Origin: an uncultured Verrucomicrobiae bacterium
GTDB lineage: Bacteria > Verrucomicrobiota > Verrucomicrobiia > Opitutales > JABDGR01
Reading direction: 5' to 3'
NCBI GenBank assembly: GCA_963765205.1
Contig: CAVXVB010000008.1
Span: 320,001-384,000, forward strand
Length of the DNA stretch: 64,000 nt
Shown: positions 53,966 through 63,566 of the stretch, piece by piece
Numbering within the stretch: position 1 is the first letter of the stretch
How the letters are laid out: the number at the start of each line of letters is the position of its first letter
Position numbers and translations under genes: made by a program
Notes under the pieces: generated by a model
What the model was told of the DNA's origin: nothing
Database searches by the model: none
The model's input: only the letters and a program-made list of their open reading frames with translations

Positions 53966-55489
53966 GTGCAAACTCCCTCCTCCGTGCCTGCCTCACACCC
54001 AGAAAATCCAGTGGCCCCTTCCAAAGGACGGGTCGTCGTCATTGGCAGCGGCTTTGGGGGGCTGGCGGCGGCGATCCGCACCCAGGCCAAAGGCTACGCC
54101 GTGACTTTGCTCGAGATGCGCGACGCACCGGGCGGGCGGGCCTATGTTTACCGCGACCGGGGTTTCACCTACGATGCCGGGCCGACCATCATCACCGTGC
54201 CGTTCGTGCTCGACGAACTGGCGGCGGCGGCGGGGAAAAAGCTGGCTGACTACGTACGCCTGGTGCCGTGCGACCCGTTCTATCGGATTTATTTTCCCGA
54301 CGGGCGCGAGTTCAACTACCGTGGCGGGCAGGCGGAACTGGAGGCGGAGATCGCGAAATTCAACCCGGACGACGTGGCGGGCTACCGGGAGTTTCTCGAC
54401 TATTCGCGCCGGGTGTTCGACCGGGCATTCACGGATTTGGCCGCGCATTCGTTCGACAATTTTTGGGAGATGGTGAAGGTCGCGCCGGACTTGCTGCGGC
54501 TGCGCGCGGACCAGGCGGTGTTCCAGCGCGTGGCGCGGCACATCCGCGACCCGGCGCTGCGGCAGGTGTTCAGCTTCGAGCCGCTGCTCATCGGCGGCAA
54601 CCCGCTGCGCTCATCCTCGATTTACGCGATGATTCATTTCCTGGAAAAAAACTGGGGCGTGCATTTTGCGATGGGCGGGACGGGCGCGCTCGTGCGCGGG
54701 CTGGTAAAAATGTTCGAGGACATCGGCGGCGTGCTGCATTGCAACGCGCGCGCCAGTGAAATCGTGGTCGAGCAGGGCCGCGCGCGCGGTGTGCGCACGA
54801 CAGACGGGCGCTTTTTCCCGGCCGACATGGTGATCAGCAACGGCGATGTGGCCAACACCTATCGCAAACTCGTCGCCCCGCAACACCGGCGCAAGTGGAC
54901 GGACCCGCGGCTCGAAAAAATGCGCTACGCGATGTCGCTGTTCGTGGTCTATTTCGGGACGGACCGGACGTATCCGCACCTGCCGCACCACTCGATCATC
55001 CTCGGCCCGCGCTACGAGGAATTGCTCGGCGACATCTTCGACCGCAAAATCGTCGCGGAGGATTTCTCGCTGTATCTGCACGCGCCCACGCGCACCGACC
55101 CGTCGCTCGCGCCGCCGGGGTGCGAATGTTTCTACGTGCTCAGCCCCGTGCCGCACCTGGGCGGCGGGCAGGACTGGGAAAAAATCAAGGACGCGTATGC
55201 CGACCGCATCCTGGCGTCGCTGGAAAAGGAACACCTCGTGCCCGGTTTGCGCAAGCATCTCGTCTCGAAACTGATTTTCACGCCGCTGGATTTCCAGGAC
55301 CGGCTGGACGCGTATCTGGGCAGCGCGTTTCAATTCGAGCCGCTGCTGACGCAGAGCGCGTGGTTCCGCCCGCATAACAAGAGCGAGGACGTGGAGGGAT
55401 TGTATTTCGTCGGCGCCGGCACCCACCCCGGCGCCGGCCTGCCCGGCGTGATTTGCAGCGCGAAGGTGCTGGATAAGTGGATTTTGTGA
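53966..55489 (+). CDS. crtI: Phytoene desaturase family oxidoreductase
   Basis: VIGSGFGGLAAA, GGRA, DAGPTIIT, QSAWFRPHN, VGAGTHPGAGLPGV. Confidence 0.9.
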   Translation: MQTPSSVPASHPENPVAPSKGRVVVIGSGFGGLAAAIRTQAKGYAVTLLEMRDAPGGRAYVYRDRGFTYDAGPTIITVPFVLDELAAAAGKKLADYVRLVPCDPFYRIYFPDGREFNYRGGQAELEAEIAKFNPDDVAGYREFLDYSRRVFDRAFTDLAAHSFDNFWEMVKVAPDLLRLRADQAVFQRVARHIRDPALRQVFSFEPLLIGGNPLRSSSIYAMIHFLEKNWGVHFAMGGTGALVRGLVKMFEDIGGVLHCNARASEIVVEQGRARGVRTTDGRFFPADMVISNGDVANTYRKLVAPQHRRKWTDPRLEKMRYAMSLFVVYFGTDRTYPHLPHHSIILGPRYEELLGDIFDRKIVAEDFSLYLHAPTRTDPSLAPPGCECFYVLSPVPHLGGGQDWEKIKDAYADRILASLEKEHLVPGLRKHLVSKLIFTPLDFQDRLDAYLGSAFQFEPLLTQSAWFRPHNKSEDVEGLYFVGAGTHPGAGLPGVICSAKVLDKWIL

Positions 55490-55600
55490 GCACACCGAGT
55501 CAATGGCGGGACGGGCTTATCGCCTTTCCTTGAACATCAGTCCATAAACCGGCCGCGTCGCGGCCATTGAGAATATTGGAGCAAAAATGGAAAATATTGG

Positions 55601-57277
55601 TTAAGGAGTGGCTGTTTTGCTCGCGATTTTTTGGAGGGCGGCCAACTGCGCGGGGGTGAGGCCGGTGAGACTGTTGAGCGCGTCCTGGGCAGCAGCGGCG
55701 GCGACAGCGGGGTTTTGATCCGCCCAAGCAGTGAGAACCTTGATTTGGACCGTGCCGGCGTTGCTGCCAGTGAGGTTCTGGGCGTCCTGCCAGGCGGTTT
55801 GAGGGTCAGTCTTCGCGAGTCGGACGACCGCAGCATTAATGGCGCTATTTTGCCCGTCGCCTTGGGGGAGGCCTTCCGCCCACTGCAGCGCGGCTTGCGG
55901 GTTCGTCGCACCCCACTTGTCTGCAACCTGAGCGGCCAGGCTACTGAAAGCAGGGTCCGTGGTGAAATTTTGTCCGAGGTAGGCCGCAGCAGTCGCGGCA
56001 TTGTAGAAGGTCCAGGAACTGACAACTTGCGTGAGTGCCGCGTTACGGCTATTGGCATCGTCCGTGGGCAAGGACTGAGCCCACGCAAATGCGGCCTCGG
56101 GATCCTGCGCGGCCCAACTGCGGGCCACAGTGGGGATGACATTGTTTGCCACGTCAGGGTCGGGATTCTGGGCAAGGTAAGCGGCCGTGGCGGCGGGATT
56201 GGTGGCGGCCAATTGGTTCAACGCGGAAACGGCTGCGGTTTGATAATTTGCCCCGTCGAGATTATCCGCGGCCCAAGCGAGCAAGCCAGAGGGATCTTTT
56301 GCCGCCCAATTGGAAGTGATGTTGTTAAGTAATGAATCACGGTTTTGGTCACCAGACAGGTTGACCGCGTAGTTGGCTGCGGTGGCCGGGTCCTGTTCGC
56401 TTAGGGTCTGGATGACGGTGGTAACGGCGTTGTCTTGAGTCGCGCCGGCCGGCAAGGTTTTTGCCCAGGCAAAAGCCGCGTTAGGGTCTTGCTTTGCCCA
56501 GGTGCTGGCCACGGCATTCAGCGATGCATTCCGAGCGAGGCTGATGGGCAGGTTGAGAGCTGCTGCGGCAGCGGCGGCAGGATCGTTGCCCACCCACGCC
56601 TGAAATATGGCGGAGTAACTCAGCTGGGATTGTTGACCGGCCGGCAGACTTCGCAGCGCATCCAAGGCCGTCTGCGGATTCTGTTTCGCGAAGTCTTGGA
56701 GCGGAGCCATCATGTTAAGAAGACCCAAATTCGGGTTCTTTAATTGGGCAAGCAGGCTCTCGGCGGTTGAGCTTTTGGCCGAAATGGCGTCACGAATTCC
56801 GGACCAGCACGATTCTTTTACCCCTGAATCCTTGATATTATTGAGCCACGCCAGAGCCGCCTGCGGATCCAGTTCGGCCCAATGGCTCATCAATTCGGCC
56901 AACGTTGTGCCGTTGTGATTGATCAAGGGCTGGTCTTTAAGGTCATCCAGGAGTGCCTTCGTCATTCCGGCGTCAAGGCTGGCAATATAATCGAGTATTT
57001 CTCGTTCTCGATTGAGCGAGCCAGTGGCGTGAAGTAACTGCGTTAGCCGAGCTTCGGTTTGGGTGATTTCCGCGGCAGACGGCGGAACCAGCATTTTTAC
57101 CGTGCTGCGCCTGGTTGGCGTGTTTTTAGCTGGCATTGTCTCCGTAGCCTTTGCGCTTATTGCCAAATACCGTCCCAAGGCAAACGACACGATTATGGCC
57201 ACAAGCTGATACGTTAATACCCTCCAAAGCGGAATGGCCCTGGACGGCTGGAAAGTTTCCTGTTTGGAAGAGTGCAA
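55601..57277 (-). CDS. Membrane-anchored helical-repeat protein (WAxxDPxAAxAWA repeats)
   Basis: N-terminal TM segment, many DPxAA repeats. Confidence 0.75.
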   Translation of the reverse strand: MHSSKQETFQPSRAIPLWRVLTYQLVAIIVSFALGRYLAISAKATETMPAKNTPTRRSTVKMLVPPSAAEITQTEARLTQLLHATGSLNREREILDYIASLDAGMTKALLDDLKDQPLINHNGTTLAELMSHWAELDPQAALAWLNNIKDSGVKESCWSGIRDAISAKSSTAESLLAQLKNPNLGLLNMMAPLQDFAKQNPQTALDALRSLPAGQQSQLSYSAIFQAWVGNDPAAAAAAALNLPISLARNASLNAVASTWAKQDPNAAFAWAKTLPAGATQDNAVTTVIQTLSEQDPATAANYAVNLSGDQNRDSLLNNITSNWAAKDPSGLLAWAADNLDGANYQTAAVSALNQLAATNPAATAAYLAQNPDPDVANNVIPTVARSWAAQDPEAAFAWAQSLPTDDANSRNAALTQVVSSWTFYNAATAAAYLGQNFTTDPAFSSLAAQVADKWGATNPQAALQWAEGLPQGDGQNSAINAAVVRLAKTDPQTAWQDAQNLTGSNAGTVQIKVLTAWADQNPAVAAAAAQDALNSLTGLTPAQLAALQKIASKTATP

Positions 57278-57302
57278 ACGGGGAATGGGTGGATAATTTA
57301 AA

Positions 57303-58859
57303 TCAATGACTGGAGGTTTTAGCCGCGATTTTCTGCAATGCGGTTTGCTGGTCTTGAGTCAGTCCGGTTAGGCTATTCAAGGCGTTCTGAGCGGCCATGC
57401 CTCCCGATTGAATGTCAGCATCGGCCAGTTGACTGATGGCGGTGATGACGGCGGCGTTTTGCTTCTCCGGAGGCAGGCTTTCAGCCCATTTGAGCGCAGC
57501 TTGCGGGTCGGCTTGCGCCCAACTATTGGCCACTTGTGTGGCATCCCTGCTGAAAGTCGGACTGTCGGCAAGGTTTTGCTGGACGTAAGCCGCCGCGGCC
57601 GCCGGGGCAATGGAGGCCCAGCCGCCAAAAACATTGGCGACAGCGGAATTGCGCAAGGTTGGGTTATCCTCAGGCAGGGATTTCGCCCAAGCGAGCGCGG
57701 CTGGCGGGTCCTGCTGCGCCCATGTGGTTGCCAGCGCGGGTGTGGCCTGGTCGTTGATCGTGGGATCAGGATGTTGGGCCAGATAGGTAGCGGCGGAATT
57801 GGGATCAGACTGGGACATCGCATTGAGGGCATTGAGGACAGCCGAATTGTAGTTTGCACCGCTAAGGTTGTTACCGGCCCAGGCGATCAGCCCAGTTGGA
57901 TCCTCTTCGGCCAAGCTTATAGTGATCTTGCTCATTAGATCGTCACGTTGTGAGCCGCTGAGAAGACTGAAGGCATATCCGGCCGCGGCTTGAGGATCTG
58001 AACCTGAGATTATCTCGATGGCGCCTAATACTGCGGCGTTTTTTGATGCTCCTGGCGGTAAATTGTTGGCCCAAGCCAGAGCAGCCGCGGGGTCTTGTTC
58101 GGCCCAATCGGTGGCGATAAATTGCCAAGACATAATCTGGTTCCCGCTATCGGGTAAATTGAGCGCCGCCGCCGCCGCTGCGACTGGATCCGTTTCCGCC
58201 CAAACCGCAAATACCGAAAAAGCATAACCTTCCAGCGCCTGTTTATTGGGCGAGTCATCGGGCAGAGACGGCAACGCAGCCAGCGCAGCCTGGGGATCCT
58301 GCCTCGCAAAAGAACTTAGCACGCTTGCTTCGGCCATGCCCAAGCCAGCCACCCCCTGAAGGTTGGCCAATACGCCAAGGGCCGCGGCAGGATTTTTATC
58401 CGCATAAGCTGCAAAAATCATGCCTATACTGTTTGCCTGGACATTTTTGTCGTTCAGCCCTTGGTTCCAGGCAATGGCAGCTTCAGGATCCAGTTCGGCC
58501 CAGTGGTAAGCAAGATATGTAAAGGTCTCATAATCTTCCGAGTTTGAGAGTTTTGCGGCGTAGTCCTCCAGCAAGTCTTTGGTCGTTTTGGCATCGAGCT
58601 TTGCAATATAGTCCAGCTTGGCGCGCCGGCGGTCGATTAGGCCAAGGGTGTGACTCGCTTGTTCGAGGCCCGCTTTGGCCTTGGCCAAGATGTCTGCGGG
58701 GGAAAGTGGAGTTACCTTAGGCAAGGCGACCTTCGCTTCCATGGTGTGCTTTACAGGCGATTGTATTGCGCCATACCAACCCAAAAAAAATGCGGCCAGT
58801 GGCACGACCCATTGCCATGCTCTGGTTTTCCGGCAGAAATCGCTGGCAGGGTCCAACAT
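57303..58859 (-). CDS. Paralogous membrane-anchored helical-repeat protein
   Basis: Same repeats; shares the C-terminus ALNSLTGLT..Q..ALQKIA.KT with its neighbour. Confidence 0.75.
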   Translation of the reverse strand: MLDPASDFCRKTRAWQWVVPLAAFFLGWYGAIQSPVKHTMEAKVALPKVTPLSPADILAKAKAGLEQASHTLGLIDRRRAKLDYIAKLDAKTTKDLLEDYAAKLSNSEDYETFTYLAYHWAELDPEAAIAWNQGLNDKNVQANSIGMIFAAYADKNPAAALGVLANLQGVAGLGMAEASVLSSFARQDPQAALAALPSLPDDSPNKQALEGYAFSVFAVWAETDPVAAAAAALNLPDSGNQIMSWQFIATDWAEQDPAAALAWANNLPPGASKNAAVLGAIEIISGSDPQAAAGYAFSLLSGSQRDDLMSKITISLAEEDPTGLIAWAGNNLSGANYNSAVLNALNAMSQSDPNSAATYLAQHPDPTINDQATPALATTWAQQDPPAALAWAKSLPEDNPTLRNSAVANVFGGWASIAPAAAAAYVQQNLADSPTFSRDATQVANSWAQADPQAALKWAESLPPEKQNAAVITAISQLADADIQSGGMAAQNALNSLTGLTQDQQTALQKIAAKTSSH

Positions 58860-59025
58860 AGAAAAAGCATGAGAAATTGTCTAAAAGGCAACAAGGTCAA
58901 AAAATATGTCAAAAAGACAGGGTGCGGTTGCTACGAAGTTGTTGCCGATTCATTGAGGCCAATGTCGGGGCCGGAGTATTTTTTTAAGGTTGAACAAAAC
59001 CATGCTTCCCCCACACTCAGGCCAC

Positions 59026-59100
59026 GGCAATGGATTCTGCCGGTTCCGCGGTACGGGACAAACCGCCCTGGTTTTCGACCAGGGCTGATGACTCCTACCA
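59026..59100 (+). promoter_or_regulatory. Fluoride (crcB) riboswitch
   Basis: GGCAATGGATTCTGCC...AAACCGCC...GGGCTGATGACTCCTAC directly upstream of crcB. Confidence 0.88.
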
Positions 59101-59121
59101 AACTAACACCTTGGAGTGGTC

Positions 59122-59532
59122 ATGCTTATCTACCTTTATGTTGCGTTGGGCGGGGCGCTGGGGACCGTGGGGCGGTATGCCTTGGGCGACTTGGTGGTGC
59201 GCCTGTCCGGCATTCCCGCCGAGACGTTTCCCTGGGGCACGCTGATCATCAACGTCACCGGTTCGTTCATCATTGGCTTTTTTGCCACGCTGACCCTGCC
59301 GCCGGACGGGCGCTGGATGGTGGGGGCGAACGGGCGGCAGTTTTTCATGACCGGCATCTGCGGGGGCTTCACCACCTTTTCATCCTTCAGCCTGCAAACG
59401 CTCAACCTCGCGCGCGACGGTGAATGGCTGCGGGTGGGCGGCAACGTCGTTGGCTCGGTCACGCTGTGCCTGGTGGCGGTGTGGCTGGGTTCAGTTTTGG
59501 CGACGGCGATCAACCACAAAAAAGGCTCCTAA
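59122..59532 (+). CDS. crcB: Fluoride channel Fluc/CrcB
   Basis: GGALG...RY, FPWGTLIINVTGSF, TGICGGFTTFSSF. Confidence 0.95.
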   Translation: MLIYLYVALGGALGTVGRYALGDLVVRLSGIPAETFPWGTLIINVTGSFIIGFFATLTLPPDGRWMVGANGRQFFMTGICGGFTTFSSFSLQTLNLARDGEWLRVGGNVVGSVTLCLVAVWLGSVLATAINHKKGS

Positions 59533-59534
59533 CC

Positions 59535-59876
59535 ATGAATCTCCCCGAAGCCTGCCTTTCCCTGCGCATTTTCATCGGCGAATCTGACCGCTATCAGGGC
59601 CACCCGTTATATGAGCAGATCGTGCTCAAGGCCCGCGCAACGGGGCTGGCCGGCGCGACCGTCCTGCGCAGCCCGATGGGTTTTGGCGCGACGAGCCGCC
59701 TGCACACCGCGAAAATTATGCGACTCTCCGAAGACCTGCCCATTGTGATTGAAATCGTGGATACCAAGGAAAAGGTGGACGCCTTCCTGCCCGTGCTCGA
59801 CACGATGATGGCCGGCGGGCTGGTGACGCTCGAACCCGTGGAGGTGCTGCATTATAAGCATGAGGAAAAGAAGTAG
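59535..59876 (+). CDS. DUF190 (PII-like) protein
   Basis: LRIFIGESD, GLAGATVLR...GFG, LSEDLPIVIEIVD. Confidence 0.9.
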   Translation: MNLPEACLSLRIFIGESDRYQGHPLYEQIVLKARATGLAGATVLRSPMGFGATSRLHTAKIMRLSEDLPIVIEIVDTKEKVDAFLPVLDTMMAGGLVTLEPVEVLHYKHEEKK

Positions 59877-59894
59877 CCGGAGGGCCCAGTGCTG

Positions 59895-60040
59895 GATTGT
59901 TCGATTGCTGAATTGTTGGATTGCTAAATTGCCTTTTGATAATTTCGCAGGTTCAACAATCGAACAATCGAACAATCCAGCCATTAATTTCCCCCATCGG
60001 TTTTTCCTTCATAATTCATCCCGCGTCCTTCATCCTTGCC
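59895..60040. repeat. Inverted octamer arrays followed by a heptamer array before trpA
   Basis: RATTGYTN x5 (59895-59934) versus SAACAATC x3 (59954-59977); CCTTCAT-like units at 60006-60040. Confidence 0.8.
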
Positions 60041-60044
60041 TTCC

Positions 60045-60851
60045 ATGTCCCGCCTTGCCGCCGCCTTTGCCCGCGCCCGCGCCGAAAAGCACGCGGCCTT
60101 TGTCGCGTATCTGTGCGCGGGCGACCCGGACGCCGCGACCTCGCGGGCCGCGTGCCGCGCGCTCCTCAAAGGCGGGGTGGACGTGCTGGAACTCGGACTG
60201 CCCTTCACCGACCCGCTGGCGGATGGGTTGACCAACCAACTCGCCGCGCAGCGCGCGCTCAAGGCCGGAGCCAGCCCGGAAAGCGTCTTCCAACTCGTGG
60301 GCGAGCTGCGCGCCGAATTCCCCGCCGCGCCGATCGTGTTCTACGCCTATTACAATATGATCTACGCACCGGGCGTGGAGAACTTTTGCCGGCGGGCCGC
60401 CGCGGCGGGCGTGGACGGCCTGCTCGCGCTCGACTGCCCGCCGGAGGAGGCGGCGGACTTGCTCGCGGCCTCGCGGAAACATAAATTGGACAACATCTTT
60501 ATCGTCGCGCCGACCACGCCGCCCGCCCGCATCACCCGCATTGCCTCAGTCGCGAGCGGGTTCATTTATTACGTCTCGCTCGAAGGCGTGACGGGCGAGC
60601 GCGCGGAACTCCCGGCGAGCATCCCGGCGGCGGTGCGGGAAATCCGCCGGCACACCAAATTGCCCGTGGTGGTGGGTTTCGGCGTGTCGAAGGCCGCCCA
60701 TGTGCGGCAAATTGGCGCGGTGGCGGACGGGGTGGTGGTCGGGAGCGCGCTGGTCAACACCATCGCGGCCAACCTGCAGGCGCGGAAAAAAATCCCCGCG
60801 GCGCTCGGCGCGAAGCTGGCCGAATTGCGCGCGGGGCTGGCGCCCGCCTGA
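60045..60851 (+). CDS. trpA: Tryptophan synthase alpha chain
   Basis: AGDP, LELGLPFTDPLADG, YYVSLEGVTG, VGFGVS, ADGVVVGSALV. Confidence 0.95.
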   Translation: MSRLAAAFARARAEKHAAFVAYLCAGDPDAATSRAACRALLKGGVDVLELGLPFTDPLADGLTNQLAAQRALKAGASPESVFQLVGELRAEFPAAPIVFYAYYNMIYAPGVENFCRRAAAAGVDGLLALDCPPEEAADLLAASRKHKLDNIFIVAPTTPPARITRIASVASGFIYYVSLEGVTGERAELPASIPAAVREIRRHTKLPVVVGFGVSKAAHVRQIGAVADGVVVGSALVNTIAANLQARKKIPAALGAKLAELRAGLAPA

Positions 60852-60941
60852 AGGCGGCATATTACAGACCGGCGGTTGTGGCGCGATGGGGCGTTTCCGA
60901 GGCTGGATTTCGCGCGGGCGACCCTTTAGGCTGGCTGCCGC

Positions 60942-61757
60942 ATGACCCGACCCCGGCCCTTGGCGGCGCATTTTCCCGGCCTGATTACCCTGGGCCTGGC
61001 GCTGTTTGCGCCGACCCTGCGCGCGCACGACACCCTGTCCTTCGATCCCAATGCGAAGCCGGAATTTGCCTCGAATGCCGACCCGACCGTCGCGCCGCCC
61101 GCGCCGGTGGTCATCCAAGGCATAGCCAGCGCGCGGCTGCGGCCGGATGACCTGGAAATTGACCTCACCGTCGCCGACGGCTTCGCGTATAAGCTGCTCG
61201 ATCACGACCCCTACCAACCGCCGGTCAACACCACTGGCAGCGAGACGGCGAACCCGGAGGCGGACAGTTCCTCCGGCCTGCCCATCGTCCACGATCCGCA
61301 TTTCACCCGGGACAAGCAATTGCTGAGCAAGCGCGGGGAAACGCTCTTTAATATCACCAGCAATGGCGCGCCGCTCGCGCCGCTGGCGGTGGCCGTGGAC
61401 TTGACGGAAGCGCAGGACGTGGTCTTCCACATCACCTACCCGCACCCCGCGCCCGGCCCGCTGCGCCTGGAAATGACCTATTTCAACCTGGTGCCTGCGG
61501 GGCAAAAGGACATGGTGGCCGTGATGGACTCCGCGGACAAAACCATCGCCTCGACCAGTGTGGGCGCGGACACCCCGTATTTGGACGTGAACGTGCCCAA
61601 CCCCAATGCGGCGCCCGCCTCGGTGGCCACTCCGGCCACTACCACGCCGCCCGCGGCCAAGGGCGGAAACAACCTGTCCCTCATTCTGGGCACCGCCGCC
61701 GGAGTCGCCTTCCTGTGCTTCGGCCTGAAATTTCTGCGTCGCCCGGCGCGCGGTTAA
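60942..61757 (+). CDS. Exported protein with C-terminal TM anchor
   Basis: Signal peptide ending LRA-HD; C-terminal TM segment plus RR. Confidence 0.65.
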   Translation: MTRPRPLAAHFPGLITLGLALFAPTLRAHDTLSFDPNAKPEFASNADPTVAPPAPVVIQGIASARLRPDDLEIDLTVADGFAYKLLDHDPYQPPVNTTGSETANPEADSSSGLPIVHDPHFTRDKQLLSKRGETLFNITSNGAPLAPLAVAVDLTEAQDVVFHITYPHPAPGPLRLEMTYFNLVPAGQKDMVAVMDSADKTIASTSVGADTPYLDVNVPNPNAAPASVATPATTTPPAAKGGNNLSLILGTAAGVAFLCFGLKFLRRPARG

Positions 61758-61810
61758 TTCCGGCTCGCGTCGGCGCGCCCGCTTTCTTCAAAATCCCCCC
61801 TCTCTTATTT

Positions 61811-62440
61811 ATGAAATGGCTTCGCGAACCGCTGGCGCAATTTCTCCTGCTCGGGGCCGTGCTGTTTGGCGCGTTCGCCATCTGGGGCGGCCCGGTGGTG
61901 CCGCCCGCCGGCCAATATCATTTCACCGTCACGCCGACCTATGTGCAAAATCTCGCCCTCTCCTTTCAAAACACCCACCAGCGCCCGCCGACGGATAAGG
62001 AATTGAGCGATGCCATTGACGACTTCGTGCGCGAAGAAATCCTCTTTCGCGAGGCCAAAGCCATCAACCTGGATGAGGACGACCCGGTCGTCCGCAAGGA
62101 ATTGCGCGGGAAGATGGAGTTCATGCTGCAGGACAGCGCAGTCATCCCCGCGCCGACGGATGCGCAGTTGACCGATTACCTGCAAAAAAACGCCGACATT
62201 TTCCGCAATGCGGACGGCTCGCTGCCCACCCTGGCGGACACCGCGGTGCGCAACAAAGCAACAGCGCTCTGGAAAAATGAGCAGCGCCTGGCCGCCGCGA
62301 ACGCCGCGTATGAGAAACTCCGCGCGCACTACGTGGTGGATATCCAAATGCCCGCGGCGGCGCCCGCCGCCGGCACCGCGCCCGCCGCCGCCACTTCGGC
62401 AAACGCGCCCGCCGCCGCCACCAACTCCACCGTCAAATGA
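61811..62440 (+). CDS. SurA/PpiC N-terminal-like protein (no rotamase domain evident)
   Basis: REPL.QFLLLGAVLF, VREEILFREA...LD.DDPVVR. Confidence 0.7.
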   Translation: MKWLREPLAQFLLLGAVLFGAFAIWGGPVVPPAGQYHFTVTPTYVQNLALSFQNTHQRPPTDKELSDAIDDFVREEILFREAKAINLDEDDPVVRKELRGKMEFMLQDSAVIPAPTDAQLTDYLQKNADIFRNADGSLPTLADTAVRNKATALWKNEQRLAAANAAYEKLRAHYVVDIQMPAAAPAAGTAPAAATSANAPAAATNSTVK

Positions 62441-63446
62441 CGCGCCGCGCCTTAATCCTTTTGCTTGCGCTGCTGGGTGCGCTGGCCGCCCTGCCCGCCG
62501 CGCACGCGCACGAAATCCGCCAGGCGTTTTTGGACTTTAACGAGACCGGGCAGGACACGTACGCCGTGTTGTGGAAAGTGCCGCTCTTCAACAACGCGCC
62601 CAATGGGTTCAGCCTGCTGCTGCCGCCCGCGGCGAAAATCACCTCGGACATTGCGCGCGAAACCACCAACAGCACTTATTACGAACGCTACACGTTGACC
62701 ATTCCCGGCGGGTTGACGGGCCAGACGCTCTCCGTAACCGGCCCGACCGCCCCGCTCGCCGATGTGCTGGTGCGAATCGTACGCGCCGACGGCAAAATCC
62801 AGTATTTGCAGATCAACCCGGCCACGCCCACCGCCGTGGTCGAGGCCGCGCCCGGCGCATGGAGCGCGGTGGGGACGTTTGTGCGCCTCGGCGTCGAGCA
62901 TATCCTGATGGGCGTGGACCATCTGCTCTTCGTGCTCGGGCTGATGTTCATCGTGCGCGACCGCTGGATGCTGCTCAAAACGATCACGGCCTTCACGCTG
63001 GCGCACAGCATCACGCTGGCGGTGGCGACCCTCGGCTACGCGAGCGCGCCGCTGCCGCCGCTCAACGCCTGCATCGCGCTTTCGATTTTATTCCTCGGGC
63101 CGGAAATGGTGCGCGTGCAGCGCGGCGAGACCAGCCTGACCATTCAGCGGCCCTGGCTGGTGGCGTTTGCCTTTGGGCTGCTGCACGGCTTCGGCTTTGC
63201 CAGCGGGCTGACGAGCCTGGGCCTGGGCCACAGTGAAATTCCGCTGGCGCTGGTGTCATTCAACGTCGGCGTGGAACTCGGCCAGTTGTTTTTTGTCGTC
63301 GTCATCCTGCTGCTCGAGGCGCGTTCAAGGTGCTGCTCATGCAGTGGCCGCGCTGGGCGGAGTCCCTGCCCTCCTACACCGTCGGCGGCCTCGGTGCCTA
63401 CTGGACAATCCAGCGCGTTTGGGTTATGGTTTCCGCGCTGCGCTAG
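62437..63446 (+). CDS. HupE/UreJ-like membrane protein (frameshift near 63320)
   Basis: LGVEHIL.G.DHLLF, TAFTLAHSITL, FGLLHGFGFA, FNVGVELGQ; C-terminus in a shifted frame ending 63446. Confidence 0.85.
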
Positions 63447-63466
63447 TCCCTGTTTTGAAACCCCTT

Positions 63467-63547
63467 TTCACCGCCAAGACGCCAAGCGCGCGAAGAGTGC
63501 CCTTACCCATAAATCCCCCTTTGCGTTCTTTGCGACTTTGCGGTGAA
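63467..63547. repeat. ~80-bp miniature inverted element
   Basis: TTCACCGCCAAGACGCCAAG...CTTTGCGACTTTGCGGTGAA, like 28383-28462. Confidence 0.75.
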
Positions 63548-63566
63548 TTATCTCCCTCCCCATCCC

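Noticed and set aside
53966..55489. Carotenoid gene cluster
   Set aside because: Only crtI is present; no crtB or crtE nearby.
63310..63330. Altered C-terminus of the HupE/UreJ-like protein
   Set aside because: A one-base shift restores a normal hydrophobic tail ending at 63446.
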